The notes beneath the pieces were generated by a model. The model worked only from the letters and a program-made list of their open reading frames with translations. It was not told the DNA's origin and ran no database searches. From the NCBI GenBank assembly GCA_019747795.1, contig JAIEQK010000118.1, forward strand, positions 1 through 63,160: a stretch of DNA of 63,160 nt. The letters are read 5' to 3'. Of this stretch, positions 9,175 to 18,711 are shown piece by piece. Each line of letters starts with the position of its first letter. Position 1 is the first letter of the stretch. The stretch is from Gammaproteobacteria bacterium. Its GTDB lineage: Bacteria > Pseudomonadota > Gammaproteobacteria > Ga0077536. The translations under genes and the position numbers were made by a program.

Positions 9175-9678
9175 TCAGAGTGTCGGCGTGAGCGCGAGGC
9201 AGGCACGGTTCTGCGCGGCACGCGCCACGTCCGCGTCGTGCAAGGTCGGCGTCGATGCGATGGTCTCGATGTAGTCGATGGGCAGGCCATGGTGCCGCGC
9301 GCCGGCCAACACGTAGTCGCGATACCAGTCGAAGGGTTTGAGGCGCGCGTCCAGCGCGGTGGCGAGCGCCTGGTAGACGAAGCAGACGCCGTGGTCCGGC
9401 AGGTCGATCTCGATCACGGCATAGCCATGGCCGACGCCCTCGATGCGGTCGAGCACGGGCTTGTCCTCGGCGGCCATGCGATAGACCACGCCCCAGGCCA
9501 TGGCGCCCGGCGCGTCCACCAGGTGACACTTGCCCGAGCCGTCGGCGCCGCGCTTGGTGAAGGCGAGCGCGCGGTCGGGCAGCGCCACCGCGCCCAGCGT
9601 GGCGAGCAGCGAGACGCGCGCCGCGAGACGCGGCGGCCACAGGTTGGAGCCGTAGGCGAGATAGTTCAGCGTATCCAC
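9175..9678 (-). CDS. Gamma-glutamylcyclotransferase (AIG2-like) family protein
   Basis: YLAYGSNL, WGVVY, LDRIEG and GARHHGLP..Y motifs; GTG start. Confidence 0.82.
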   Translation of the reverse strand: MDTLNYLAYGSNLWPPRLAARVSLLATLGAVALPDRALAFTKRGADGSGKCHLVDAPGAMAWGVVYRMAAEDKPVLDRIEGVGHGYAVIEIDLPDHGVCFVYQALATALDARLKPFDWYRDYVLAGARHHGLPIDYIETIASTPTLHDADVARAAQNRACLALTPTL

Positions 9679-9758
9679 GCTTGCTGCCTCACCTGCGGCG
9701 CGGGCGAGGGCGGTGGCGTGTAGACTGCGCGCAGTCCGTAATCCCGGAACCTCCCGCC

Positions 9759-10889
9759 ATGAGTGCTGTGCATCCCGACGATCTCCATGCCTGGCGGCAG
9801 GCCCATGTGCCGCTGTTCAACGACAATCCGCTCAAGCTCGGCATTTTCGGCCAGAACTGTTCCAACGGCTGCACCATCACCCACGCGCCCACCAGCTTCG
9901 AGCCGACCTACGCCCACAATGTCGCGATCAGCAAACTGGCCGACCGGCTCGGCCTGGAACTGCTGGTGCCGGTGGGACGCTGGAAGCACTTTGGCGGCAG
10001 CACGCGCTTCAACGAGAACAATCTCGAGGTCTACACCTGGGCCACGGCGATGGCCTGCAACACCGAGCGCGTGATGGTGTTCGCCACCTCGCACGTGCCG
10101 ACCGTGCATCCCCTGTTCGCCGCCAAGCAGGCCGCGACCATCGACCAGATCTCGGCCGGACGTTTCGGACTCAACATCGTGTGCGGCTGGTTCCGCCCGG
10201 AAATCGAAATGTTCGGTGCCGAGCTCATCGCCCACGACGACCGCTACCGCATGGCCGACGAATGGTTGACCTGCATGAAGCGCGCGTGGACCGAGCAGGA
10301 CTTCGACTTCGACGGCGACTTCTATCACATCAAGCAGGGCTTCCTGCTGCCGAAGCCAGTGCAGCAGCCGTGGCCGGCGATCATCAACGCCGGGAGTTCC
10401 GAGGCCGGGCGCGAGTTCTCCGCGCGGCACGTGGACTTCAACTTCATCACCATCACCACCGAAGAGGAGGCCGCGTTCCTCATCCAGGACGTCAAGCGGC
10501 GCGCGGCGGCGCACCGCCGCCAGTGCGGCGTGATGACCTATGGCCTGGTGTGCTGCCGCGACACCGAGAAGGAAGCGCGCGAGGTCTACGACAGCATCGT
10601 GCGCCACGGTGATTGGGAAGCGACCGAGAACATCATGCGCCTGCTTGGCATCGAGAGCACGTCTTTCGGCAACCAGGAGACGGTGCGCAACCTCGGCGAA
10701 CGCTTCATCGCCGGCTGGGGCGGCTATCCCCTGGTCGGCACGCCCGAGCAGGTGGTGGAGCAGATGCAGAAGATCCACGCCATGGGCATCGAGGGCTTCA
10801 TCCTCTCCTGGCTCGACTACCTGCCGGAACTGGAGTACTTCGGCGAGCGCGTGATGCCGCTGCTGAAAGAGGCGGGATTACGCCTGTAG
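9759..10889 (+). CDS. LLM-class FMNH2-dependent monooxygenase (RutA/SfnG-like)
   Basis: PLKLGIFGQNCSNG, PVGRWKHFGG, HPLFAAKQAATIDQIS.GRFGLNIVCGW and LVGTPEQV; start at ATG 9759. Confidence 0.88.
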   Translation: MSAVHPDDLHAWRQAHVPLFNDNPLKLGIFGQNCSNGCTITHAPTSFEPTYAHNVAISKLADRLGLELLVPVGRWKHFGGSTRFNENNLEVYTWATAMACNTERVMVFATSHVPTVHPLFAAKQAATIDQISAGRFGLNIVCGWFRPEIEMFGAELIAHDDRYRMADEWLTCMKRAWTEQDFDFDGDFYHIKQGFLLPKPVQQPWPAIINAGSSEAGREFSARHVDFNFITITTEEEAAFLIQDVKRRAAAHRRQCGVMTYGLVCCRDTEKEAREVYDSIVRHGDWEATENIMRLLGIESTSFGNQETVRNLGERFIAGWGGYPLVGTPEQVVEQMQKIHAMGIEGFILSWLDYLPELEYFGERVMPLLKEAGLRL

Positions 10890-11030
10890 GGCGGGTTTCA
10901 ACCCGCCGTGTACTGCCTGTCCCCTTACGCCGTGCATGGCCGATTGAAATCGGCCCTACAGGCGGGTTTCAACCCGGCGTGTACTGCCTGTCCCCATGCG
11001 CCGTGCATGGCCGATTGAATTCGGCCCTAC
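10886..11030. repeat. GTAG-family REP doublets (second sequence family; ~71-bp unit duplicated)
   Basis: GTAG-GGCGGGTT-TC-AACCCGCC (+; 10886-10907, and a degenerate copy at 10961-10978) with inverted GTAG-GGCCGATT-TC-AATCGGCC (-; 10938-10959 and a variant at 11009-11030). The spacers are near-identical. Confidence 0.9.
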
Positions 11031-11413
11031 ACCGGCGCGTAGGCCACCACCTCGATCTCCACCTTCGCGTCGGGCAACACGAGGCCCGAGACCACGGTCG
11101 AGCGGCAGGGCGGCGTGTCGCCGAAGGCTTCGGCGTAGACGCGGTTGAAGGCGGCGAAGTCGCCGACCGCGGTCAGCCACACGGTGGCCTTGATGACGTT
11201 GTCGTAACCGGCGCCGGCGGACGCGAGCAGCGCGCCGATGTGCCGCAGGCAATGGCGGGTCTGTGCCTCGACGCCCTCCGGCAGTCGTCCCTGCTCGTCG
11301 AAGCCGAGCTGTCCGGACAGGTAGACGAAATCGCCGGCGCGAATGGCCTTCGACAGGGGCAGTGGCGTGCCGTCGGCCAGCGTGACGCGGCCACCCAGGA
11401 TGGTGTGATGCAT
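11027..11413 (-). CDS. RidA/YjgF/UK114 family protein
   Basis: PLSKAIRAGDFVYLSGQLG, FNRVY, PCRSTV and KVEIE motifs. Confidence 0.9.
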   Translation of the reverse strand: MHHTILGGRVTLADGTPLPLSKAIRAGDFVYLSGQLGFDEQGRLPEGVEAQTRHCLRHIGALLASAGAGYDNVIKATVWLTAVGDFAAFNRVYAEAFGDTPPCRSTVVSGLVLPDAKVEIEVVAYAPV

Positions 11414-11502
11414 GACGAGTCTCCGAAGTGCGGTGGTCGCGCGCGGAAGCGCGCGGGTTCAGCGGTATAGTAGCCGCAAGCCCCGATGCGAAGACGAGAT
11501 CG

Positions 11503-12282
11503 ATGCTGCCCACGCTGTTCCTGTCCCACGGCGCGCCCAACGTCGCGCTCTACGATCTGCCCGCAAGGCGCTTCTTCGACGGGCTCGCGGCGACGCTGCC
11601 ACGGCCGCGCGCGCTGCTGGTCGCGTCCGCGCACTACGCGGCGCCGCGACCCGCCGTCACGGTCGCGGCCGCGCCACGCACCATCCACGACTTCCACGGC
11701 TTCGAGGACGCGCTCTACGACATGCGCTATCCCGCACCGGGGGATCCCACGCTCGCGGCCCGTGTGCTCGAACTGCTGCGCGTGGAACTGGGCGTGGAAG
11801 GCGTGGCGGACGATCGCTGGGGTTTCGATCACGGTGCCTGGAGTCCTCTAATCCGCATCTATCCGCAGGCCGACATTCCGCTCGTGCTGCTCTCCCTCGA
11901 CCCGCAGGGCGACGCGCGTTACCACTTCCGCCTCGGCCGGGCGTTGACTGCGTTGCGCGCGGAGGGCGTCCTGGTGATCGGCTCCGGCTCCATCACCCAC
12001 AATCTCGGCCGCGTAAGCCCACCCATGGATCACGACGCCGCGGCGCCCTGGGTGCGCGCCTTCCTGACATGGATGGACGACAAGCTCGCCGCGGGCGACG
12101 GCGAGGCGGTGTGTGACTACCTGCGCGCGGCGCCGCATGCGCGCGACTGTCACCCGAGCGATGAGCACCTGATGCCGCTCCTGGTCGCGCTGGGCGCGGC
12201 GGGCGAGGGCGGACGCGGCACGCGACTTCATCACAGCATCACCTACGGCACGCTGGCGATGGACGCCTGGCGCTTCGACTGA
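11503..12282 (+). CDS. Class III extradiol dioxygenase (DODA/YgiD/LigB family)
   Basis: PTLFLSHGAP, SAHY, TIHDFHGF, GFDHGAW, GSGSITHNL and HPSDEHLMPL; start at ATG 11503. Confidence 0.9.
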   Translation: MLPTLFLSHGAPNVALYDLPARRFFDGLAATLPRPRALLVASAHYAAPRPAVTVAAAPRTIHDFHGFEDALYDMRYPAPGDPTLAARVLELLRVELGVEGVADDRWGFDHGAWSPLIRIYPQADIPLVLLSLDPQGDARYHFRLGRALTALRAEGVLVIGSGSITHNLGRVSPPMDHDAAAPWVRAFLTWMDDKLAAGDGEAVCDYLRAAPHARDCHPSDEHLMPLLVALGAAGEGGRGTRLHHSITYGTLAMDAWRFD

Positions 12283-12286
12283 GGAC

Positions 12287-13432
12287 GTGCCGGTGCGGAT
12301 CACCAGTGTGCGCGCCTTCCCCATCTCGTTCGCCGTGCCGCCGGCGCAGCAGGTGAGCCTAGGCATAGGCCGCAGCGTGAAGCGCGACGCGGTGCTGGTG
12401 CGGGTCGAGACGGACAGCGGCGCCTGCGGCTGGGGCGAAGCCCACGCGGCGCGCGCGCCGACCGCCATCGCGGAGCTCGTGAACACCACGCTCGCCGACC
12501 TCGTCACCGGCCTCGACGCCGAGGACATCGACGCCGTCTGGGCGCGGGTCTACCGCATGCAGCGGGCCAGTCACGGCGCCGGCGCCGCGGCGGTCATTGG
12601 CCTCTCAGGCATCGATCTCGCGCTGTGGGACTTGAAGGCGCGCGGCGCCGGCCTGCCGCTGTGGCGGCTGCTCGGCGGCCGTTCGCGCGCCATTGCGGCC
12701 TACGCGGGGGGCATCAGCCTCGGCTTTCAGGCGCCGGACGCGCTGGCGGAAGAAGCCGCCGGATTCCTGGCGCAGGGTTACCGCGCGCTCAAGCTGCGCA
12801 TCGGCGACGGCGTGGCGAACGATCGCGCGCGCATCGAGGCGGTGCGCGCGCGTCTCGGCGACGAGGCGGAGATCCTGGTCGATGCCAATACCGCCTACAC
12901 CCTGGCCGACGTCGAGGCCATCGCGCCGGTGCTCGAGGCTTGTCGCGTGGGTTGGCTGGAGGAACCCTTTCCCGCCCACGCCTGGCGTGACTACCAGGCC
13001 GCCGCGCGCCTGACCTCGGTGCCGCTCGCGGCCGGCGAGAATCACTACACCCGTTTCGACTTCGAACGCGTGCTGACCGACGGTGCGATCCGCGTGTGGC
13101 AGCCGGATCTCTCCAAGACCGGCGGATTGACCGAGGCGCTGCGCATCGCGCGCCTCGCGGCGGGCGCCGGCATCGTCATCCATCCGCACACCTCGGTCAC
13201 CGGGCTCAACATGGCGGCGAGCCTGCATTTCCTGTCCTCTATCGACAACGGCGGCTACTACGAGGCCGACGTCACCGCCTACAACCCGTTTCGCGATCGA
13301 CTGACACGTGGCCTCTGCGCGCTGGACGCGCACGGCACCATGCATGCGCCCGACGGCATCGGGCTCGGCATCGACCTGGATGTCGAACTGCTGGATGCCA
13401 GCCGGGCCATCCCCGGTCCCGGCTACGTGTGA
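12287..13432 (+). CDS. Mandelate racemase/muconate lactonizing enzyme family enolase
   Basis: GIDLALWDLK, KLR, VDAN, WLEEP, AAGEN, QPD and HPH motifs. Confidence 0.9.
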   Translation: MPVRITSVRAFPISFAVPPAQQVSLGIGRSVKRDAVLVRVETDSGACGWGEAHAARAPTAIAELVNTTLADLVTGLDAEDIDAVWARVYRMQRASHGAGAAAVIGLSGIDLALWDLKARGAGLPLWRLLGGRSRAIAAYAGGISLGFQAPDALAEEAAGFLAQGYRALKLRIGDGVANDRARIEAVRARLGDEAEILVDANTAYTLADVEAIAPVLEACRVGWLEEPFPAHAWRDYQAAARLTSVPLAAGENHYTRFDFERVLTDGAIRVWQPDLSKTGGLTEALRIARLAAGAGIVIHPHTSVTGLNMAASLHFLSSIDNGGYYEADVTAYNPFRDRLTRGLCALDAHGTMHAPDGIGLGIDLDVELLDASRAIPGPGYV

Positions 13433-13454
13433 CCCCCGCGGATCCAGCTGACGC

Positions 13455-14546
13455 ATGATCCACATCCTCATCGGCACGCGCGCGCAGCTCATCAAGATGG
13501 CGCCGGTGCTGCTGGCCTTCGAGCGCACGGCCACGCCCTTTCGCCTGGTCCTGAGCGGACAGCACCGCGTGACCATGGCGGCGCTGCTCTCCGAGTTCGG
13601 CGTGCGCACCCCGCCCGTGTCGCTGTACGAGGGCGAGGAGATCACCGGCATCGCGCAGATGGCGCGCTGGTTTCCGCGCGTGCTGTGGCGCGCCTGGCGC
13701 GACCGCGCGCGCCTGTTTCCCCGCGGTGTGAAGGATTGCATGGTGGTGCACGGCGACACGGTCTCGACCCTGCTCGGCGCGCTGCTCGGGCGCTTGCTGC
13801 GCATGCAGGTCGCGCACGTCGAGTCCGGGCTCACCTCCGGCCGTTGGCGTGAGCCCTTTCCGGAAGAACTGACCCGGCGCCTGGTGTTCCGCCTGTGCGA
13901 TATCGCCTTCTGTCCTGACGCCTGGTCGACCAACCACATGCGCGGCCGCGCCGCCGAGGTGGTGGACACCGGCGGCAACACCATCTTCGACGCGGTGGAG
14001 GAGGCGCGCGCGCGTTTCGCCGAGGTGGCGCTGGAACCGCCGCCCGCGCCCTACGCGGTGGTCTCGCTGCACCGCTTCGAGAACATCTTCGAGGCCGAGC
14101 GCTTCGGCTTCATCGTCATGACGCTCGAGCGCATGGCCGAGCGCCTGCCGTTGGTGTTCGTGCTGCACCCGGCCACGCGCCGCCAGGCGGAGAAGTTCGG
14201 GCTGCTGGCGCGCCTGGAGAATCATCCGCGCATCCGCCTCGAAGCGCGCATGACCTATGTGCCGTTCCTGAAGCTCCTGTGCGGCGCGCGCTTCGTGGTG
14301 AGCGACGGCGGCAGCAACCAGGAGGAACTCGCGTGGCTCGGCATTCCCACGCTCCTGATGCGCGACACCACCGAGAGACGCGATGGCCTGGAGGAGGGCG
14401 TGGTGCTGAGTCACTACGATCCGGCCGTCATCGAGCGCTTCGTCAGCCAGGCGCTGGAGGGCGCGCCCACGCGCCGCGCGCGGCGCGCCCAGGGGCGTCC
14501 GGCGCTGCTCATCGCCGCGCGGCTGGCGGCGAAGTTCAGCCCCTGA
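13455..14546 (+). CDS. UDP-N-acetylglucosamine 2-epimerase family protein (divergent)
   Basis: GTRAQLIK, SGQH, VHGDT, HVESGL, PFPEE, SLHRFEN and SDGGSNQEE. Confidence 0.82.
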   Translation: MIHILIGTRAQLIKMAPVLLAFERTATPFRLVLSGQHRVTMAALLSEFGVRTPPVSLYEGEEITGIAQMARWFPRVLWRAWRDRARLFPRGVKDCMVVHGDTVSTLLGALLGRLLRMQVAHVESGLTSGRWREPFPEELTRRLVFRLCDIAFCPDAWSTNHMRGRAAEVVDTGGNTIFDAVEEARARFAEVALEPPPAPYAVVSLHRFENIFEAERFGFIVMTLERMAERLPLVFVLHPATRRQAEKFGLLARLENHPRIRLEARMTYVPFLKLLCGARFVVSDGGSNQEELAWLGIPTLLMRDTTERRDGLEEGVVLSHYDPAVIERFVSQALEGAPTRRARRAQGRPALLIAARLAAKFSP

Positions 14547-14555
14547 GGCGCGCGC

Positions 14556-15359
14556 TCAGCGACCCTTGAACTCGGGCGTGCGCTTGTCGAAGAAGGCGTT
14601 CAGCGCCTCCATGTGATCCTCGGTCTGGTGCAGGGTGACCTGCAGCGCGGCCGACATCTCCATGATGGTGTTGAACGGCGCCTGCGTGCCCTCGCGCATG
14701 AGCTTCTTGGTCATGCGCAGCGCCTGCGGTGGCTGCGCGCAGATGCTCCTGGCGATGTCCTCGCAGCGGCGCGCGAGGCTCATGTCCGGCACCACTTCCG
14801 ACACCAGGCCCCACTTGCAGGCGGTGTCGGCATCGATCAGCTCACCGGTGAAGAACAACTGCGCCGCGCGCGACCACCCGATGTGCCGCGGCAGCAGCCA
14901 CGCGCCGCCGTCGCCCGGCAGCAGGCCCATCTTGAGGAAGGTCGCGCCGAAGCGCGCGGTGCTGGAGGCGATGCGGATGTCGCACAGCGACGCGACGTCG
15001 TTGCCGAGGCCGATGGCGGGGCCGTTGATGGCACCGATCATCGGCACCTCGATGTCCCACAGTGCATGGATGATGCCGTGGATCGAGTGACGATAGTGAT
15101 CGCGCAGCTCTGCGGGCGAGCCGCCGAAGTTGCCGGTCTTGTCGCGCATCGCCTTCAGGTCGCCGCCGGCGGAGAAGGCCGAGCCGGCGCCGGTCATGAT
15201 CACGCAGCGCAACTCGCGGTTGGCGTTGATCGCGTCCGCCGCGGCGCGAAAGCGCGCGCCGTCGCCCGGCACACCGAGCGGGTTGCGCGTCTCGGGTCGG
15301 TTCAAGGTGAGACGGGCGATGGGCCCGTCCATGGTGAGCAGCAGGTCGTTGTCCAGCAT
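14556..15359 (-). CDS. Enoyl-CoA hydratase/crotonase family protein
   Basis: LNRPETRN, AFSAGGD, AINGPAIGLG, CDIRIA and GLLPGDGG. Confidence 0.9.
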   Translation of the reverse strand: MLDNDLLLTMDGPIARLTLNRPETRNPLGVPGDGARFRAAADAINANRELRCVIMTGAGSAFSAGGDLKAMRDKTGNFGGSPAELRDHYRHSIHGIIHALWDIEVPMIGAINGPAIGLGNDVASLCDIRIASSTARFGATFLKMGLLPGDGGAWLLPRHIGWSRAAQLFFTGELIDADTACKWGLVSEVVPDMSLARRCEDIARSICAQPPQALRMTKKLMREGTQAPFNTIMEMSAALQVTLHQTEDHMEALNAFFDKRTPEFKGR

Positions 15360-15369
15360 GGCGCAGTCC

Positions 15370-16422
15370 TCAGGCGGTGATCGCCGGCCAGATGCCGTCG
15401 CCGCCGACCTCGGCCGCGATCCGGCCTAGATACTCGCCCCATTCGCCGGCGCCGCCGAACTCGGCGCGCCAGGCCCACAGGCGGCGGGTGAGGAAGTGCA
15501 GGCCGTACTCGTAGGTGAAGCCGATGGCGCCGTGGCACTGGTGCGAGAGGCGGGTCAGCTTCTCCACCGCCTCGCTGGCGCGGCACTTGGCGGCGGCGAT
15601 CTCGAAGCGCGCGTTGCGCCCGCTCGGCGCCATGCCGCGCTGGTCGAGCCCTGCGCAGGCCGCCATGGTGATGGCGTCCACCGAGGCCACCAGCCCGGCG
15701 AGGTCCGCGAGGTAGTGCTGGATGGCCTGGAAGCCGGACAGCGGCTTGCCGAACTGCGAGCGCTCGCTCGAATACTTGAGCGCGAGATCGAGCGCGGCGG
15801 CGCCGGCGCCCGCGATCTGTGCGCTGCGCGCGAGCGCGCCCAGCCAGCGCACGCTGTCGGCCGGCTGGGGCAGGGCCTGGCGCGCGATGAGCGCCGCGGT
15901 GCCGGTCAGGCTATCGCGCGGGTCGCGACCGATGTTGTCCTCGCTCGCGATCGCGAGTCCCTTGGGGGAAGCCACCACCAGCTCCGCGCCGGTGCCGGTC
16001 TCGGCCACGCCCACCAGGTAGTCGGCGTTGCGGCCCCAGGGCGTGCGCACACTGTCCAGGCGCAGACCGGCCGCGGTGAGCTGCGCGGGGCCCAGGGTTG
16101 CCGGGAGCAGACCCGGCACGCCCTCGGGCAGTTCGACGCCGGCCTGGCCCGCGAGCCATTCAGCGATGGCCGCCTCGGCCACCGGCAGCGGCACGGCGTG
16201 GCGCCCGGCCGCGCGCAGCACCGGGTAGGCGTCGTACCAGCCCACGCCCATGCCGCCGGCCGCTTCGCTCGCCAGCACCTTGGTGATGCCCTGCTCGACG
16301 GCTTCCTGCCACAGCGCGGTGGGAAAGCCGTGCTCCTCGATGGCGGTCAGTTGGTCCCAGCCCAGCCGGTCGCCGAACAGGCGATTGACCGAGTCTTCCA
16401 GCATCTGTTGTGTTTCGTTCAT
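15370..16422 (-). CDS. Acyl-CoA dehydrogenase-like subunit (putative beta subunit of a heteromeric ACAD)
   Basis: Start ATG 16422 overlaps the upstream stop (ATGA). Degenerate N-terminal half; ERSQFGKPLSGFQAIQH and HQCHGAIGFTYEY. Confidence 0.8.
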   Translation of the reverse strand: MNETQQMLEDSVNRLFGDRLGWDQLTAIEEHGFPTALWQEAVEQGITKVLASEAAGGMGVGWYDAYPVLRAAGRHAVPLPVAEAAIAEWLAGQAGVELPEGVPGLLPATLGPAQLTAAGLRLDSVRTPWGRNADYLVGVAETGTGAELVVASPKGLAIASEDNIGRDPRDSLTGTAALIARQALPQPADSVRWLGALARSAQIAGAGAAALDLALKYSSERSQFGKPLSGFQAIQHYLADLAGLVASVDAITMAACAGLDQRGMAPSGRNARFEIAAAKCRASEAVEKLTRLSHQCHGAIGFTYEYGLHFLTRRLWAWRAEFGGAGEWGEYLGRIAAEVGGDGIWPAITA

Positions 16423-17585
16423 CGCACACCCAGCCCTTTCGCAATGATGCCGCGCATGATTTCCGGCGTGCCGCCGCGCAGGGAGAACGACGGTGCCACC
16501 TGCACCAGCGAGCCCAGCACCTGCTGGTACTCGGTGCCGAAGCCCTCCAGCGTCGGCTCGAGCTCGCACAATTCCTGCGCGAGGCCCGGCAGGGCCTGTT
16601 CCCACTGGCAGCCGAGATCCTTGACCACCGAGGCCTCCAGCGCCGGGTCCTGGCCCGCGTTCAGCTTGGCCGCGATGCTGAGCGACATGGTGCGGAGCGT
16701 CGCCGCCCAGGCGACCTGGGTGCCGATGCGCGCGAGGGTGGCCGGCGAGGCGCGGTCGCGCACCTGGTCGATGAGTTTGCGCAGGAGGAAGAAGCAGGAC
16801 AGATAGCGCTCCGGACCGCTGCGCTCGAAGGCGAGCTCCTCGGTCACCTGGCGCCAGCCCTGGCCCTCGGTGCCGATCAGCGCGTCGGGCGGCAGTTCGG
16901 CATCGACGAAGGCCACCTCGTTGAAATTGCGCCCGCCCTGCAGGTTCTTGATCGGGCGCGGCGTGATGCCACGGGTCTTGGACAGGTCGATCAGGAACTG
17001 CGAGAGGCCGGCGTGCTTCTTGTTCGGATCGGGGTCGGTGCGGAACAGCGCGATCATGTAGTTCGCGCGATGCGCGTTGCTGGTCCAGATCTTGGTGCCG
17101 TTGACCCGCCAGCCGGTCGCCGTGCGCTCGGCCCGAGTGCGCAGCGACGCGAGGTCGGAGCCGGAGTTCGGCTCGCTCATGCCGATGGCGAAGCAGGCTC
17201 GGCCCGCCGCGATCTTGGGCAGGATCTCGCGCTTCTGCGCCTCGTTGCCATAGCGCAGCAGGAGCGGGCCGCTCTGGCGATCCGCGACCCAGTGAAAGCC
17301 GGTCGGCGCGCCCGCGACCAGGCATTCCTCGACCACCACGTAGCGCTCGAAGGCGCTGCGCCCGTGGCCGCCGTATTCCTTGGGCAGGGTCATGCCGAGC
17401 CAGCCGCGCGCGCCGAGCTTCGCGGAGAACTCCGCGTCGTAGGCTTCCCAGCTGTGACTGCGGGTCACCACCGGCACGTCGGCCAGGGCTTCCTTCAGGA
17501 AGGCGCGCACCTCGGTGCGCAGCGTTTCGAGGTGGGCCGGCAGCGGGCTCGGCTCGAAACGCAGTTTGTCGGCTACTGATGTCAT
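16419..17585 (-). CDS. Acyl-CoA dehydrogenase (putative alpha subunit of a heteromeric ACAD)
   Basis: GMSEPNSGSDLASL, NGTKIWTS, FNEVAF, LAFERSG and SLRGGTPEI. Confidence 0.9.
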   Translation of the reverse strand: MTSVADKLRFEPSPLPAHLETLRTEVRAFLKEALADVPVVTRSHSWEAYDAEFSAKLGARGWLGMTLPKEYGGHGRSAFERYVVVEECLVAGAPTGFHWVADRQSGPLLLRYGNEAQKREILPKIAAGRACFAIGMSEPNSGSDLASLRTRAERTATGWRVNGTKIWTSNAHRANYMIALFRTDPDPNKKHAGLSQFLIDLSKTRGITPRPIKNLQGGRNFNEVAFVDAELPPDALIGTEGQGWRQVTEELAFERSGPERYLSCFFLLRKLIDQVRDRASPATLARIGTQVAWAATLRTMSLSIAAKLNAGQDPALEASVVKDLGCQWEQALPGLAQELCELEPTLEGFGTEYQQVLGSLVQVAPSFSLRGGTPEIMRGIIAKGLGVR

Positions 17586-17627
17586 GGAATCACCCTGGGG
17601 TGGTTGGTCCGTTCGTGGGTGGGCGCT

Positions 17628-18698
17628 TCAGCCGCGCTTGCCCTGGGCATATTCCCAGGCGCGCTCGGCGAATTGCTCGACGATGTCGGTGGTGGTGGGC
17701 GCGTCGGAACTCGAGGCCGTGCCGTCCTGCACGCGCTTGATGATGCCCTGGTAGATGGCGGCCAGTCGCCACGCGGTGTAGGCGTTGTAGAACTCCATGT
17801 GCTCGATGGTCGTGCGCCCGGTGAGTTCGCAGTAGCGCGCGATGTACTGTGCCTGGGTCGGGATACCCATCGCGGCGAGGTCCAGACCCTCGAGACTCGA
17901 TACGCGCTCGTCCACCGCCGGGATCACCCAGGGCGCCATGTGGTAACTGAAGTCGCCGAGCGGATCGCCCAAGGTCGCGAGTTCCCAGTCGAGCACCGCG
18001 ATCACGCGCTGCTCGGTCTTGTGGAACACCATGTTGTCCATGCGGTAGTCGCCGTGGATCACGCACACCGCGTCGGACGGCGGAATGTGCTTCGGCAGCC
18101 AGTCCATCAACGCGTCCATCAGCGGAATCTTGTTGATCTCCGACGCGCGGTAGTTCTTGCTCCACACGTGCACCTGGCGAGCGATGTAGTCGTTCGGCTT
18201 GCCGAAACCCTCGAGCCCGATGGCGCGGTAGTCCTGCGACTGCAGGTTGGCGAGCGTCGTGACCATCGCGTCGTAGATGCCGGCGCGCTCCGCCGGCGTC
18301 GAGTTCGGCAGGTGGAGGTCCCATTCGATGCGGCCGTCGATCATCTCCATCACGTAGAACATGGTGCCGATGACGCCGTCGTCTTCGCACAGCACGAAGG
18401 GGCGCGGCACGGGAAAGCCGGCCTTGTACAGCGCGTCGGTCACCTTGAACTCGCGATCCACCTGGTGGGCCGAGGGCAGAAGGTGACCTGGCGGCTTGCG
18501 GCGCAGCACGTAGGTGCGGGTCGGCGTGATGAGCTGGTAGGTCGGATTGGACTGGCCGCCCTTGAACTCGCGCACGGTCAAGGGGCCGGCGAAGCCCGCC
18601 ACGTGCTCGGCCATGTAGGCCGCAAGCCTCTCGGTGGGAAAGGCCAGGTGCGCCTGCACCTCCTTCGTGCCTGAGAATTTCTCCTGTCGGGTGCTCAT
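17628..18698 (-). CDS. APH-family phosphotransferase (ACAD10/11 kinase domain / LvaA-like)
   Basis: GGQSNPTY, YVLRRKPPG.LLPSAH.VDRE, HGDYRMDN and LDWELATLGDP; start at ATG 18698. Confidence 0.88.
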   Translation of the reverse strand: MSTRQEKFSGTKEVQAHLAFPTERLAAYMAEHVAGFAGPLTVREFKGGQSNPTYQLITPTRTYVLRRKPPGHLLPSAHQVDREFKVTDALYKAGFPVPRPFVLCEDDGVIGTMFYVMEMIDGRIEWDLHLPNSTPAERAGIYDAMVTTLANLQSQDYRAIGLEGFGKPNDYIARQVHVWSKNYRASEINKIPLMDALMDWLPKHIPPSDAVCVIHGDYRMDNMVFHKTEQRVIAVLDWELATLGDPLGDFSYHMAPWVIPAVDERVSSLEGLDLAAMGIPTQAQYIARYCELTGRTTIEHMEFYNAYTAWRLAAIYQGIIKRVQDGTASSSDAPTTTDIVEQFAERAWEYAQGKRG

Positions 18699-18711
18699 CG
18701 GGGGTCTCGTG

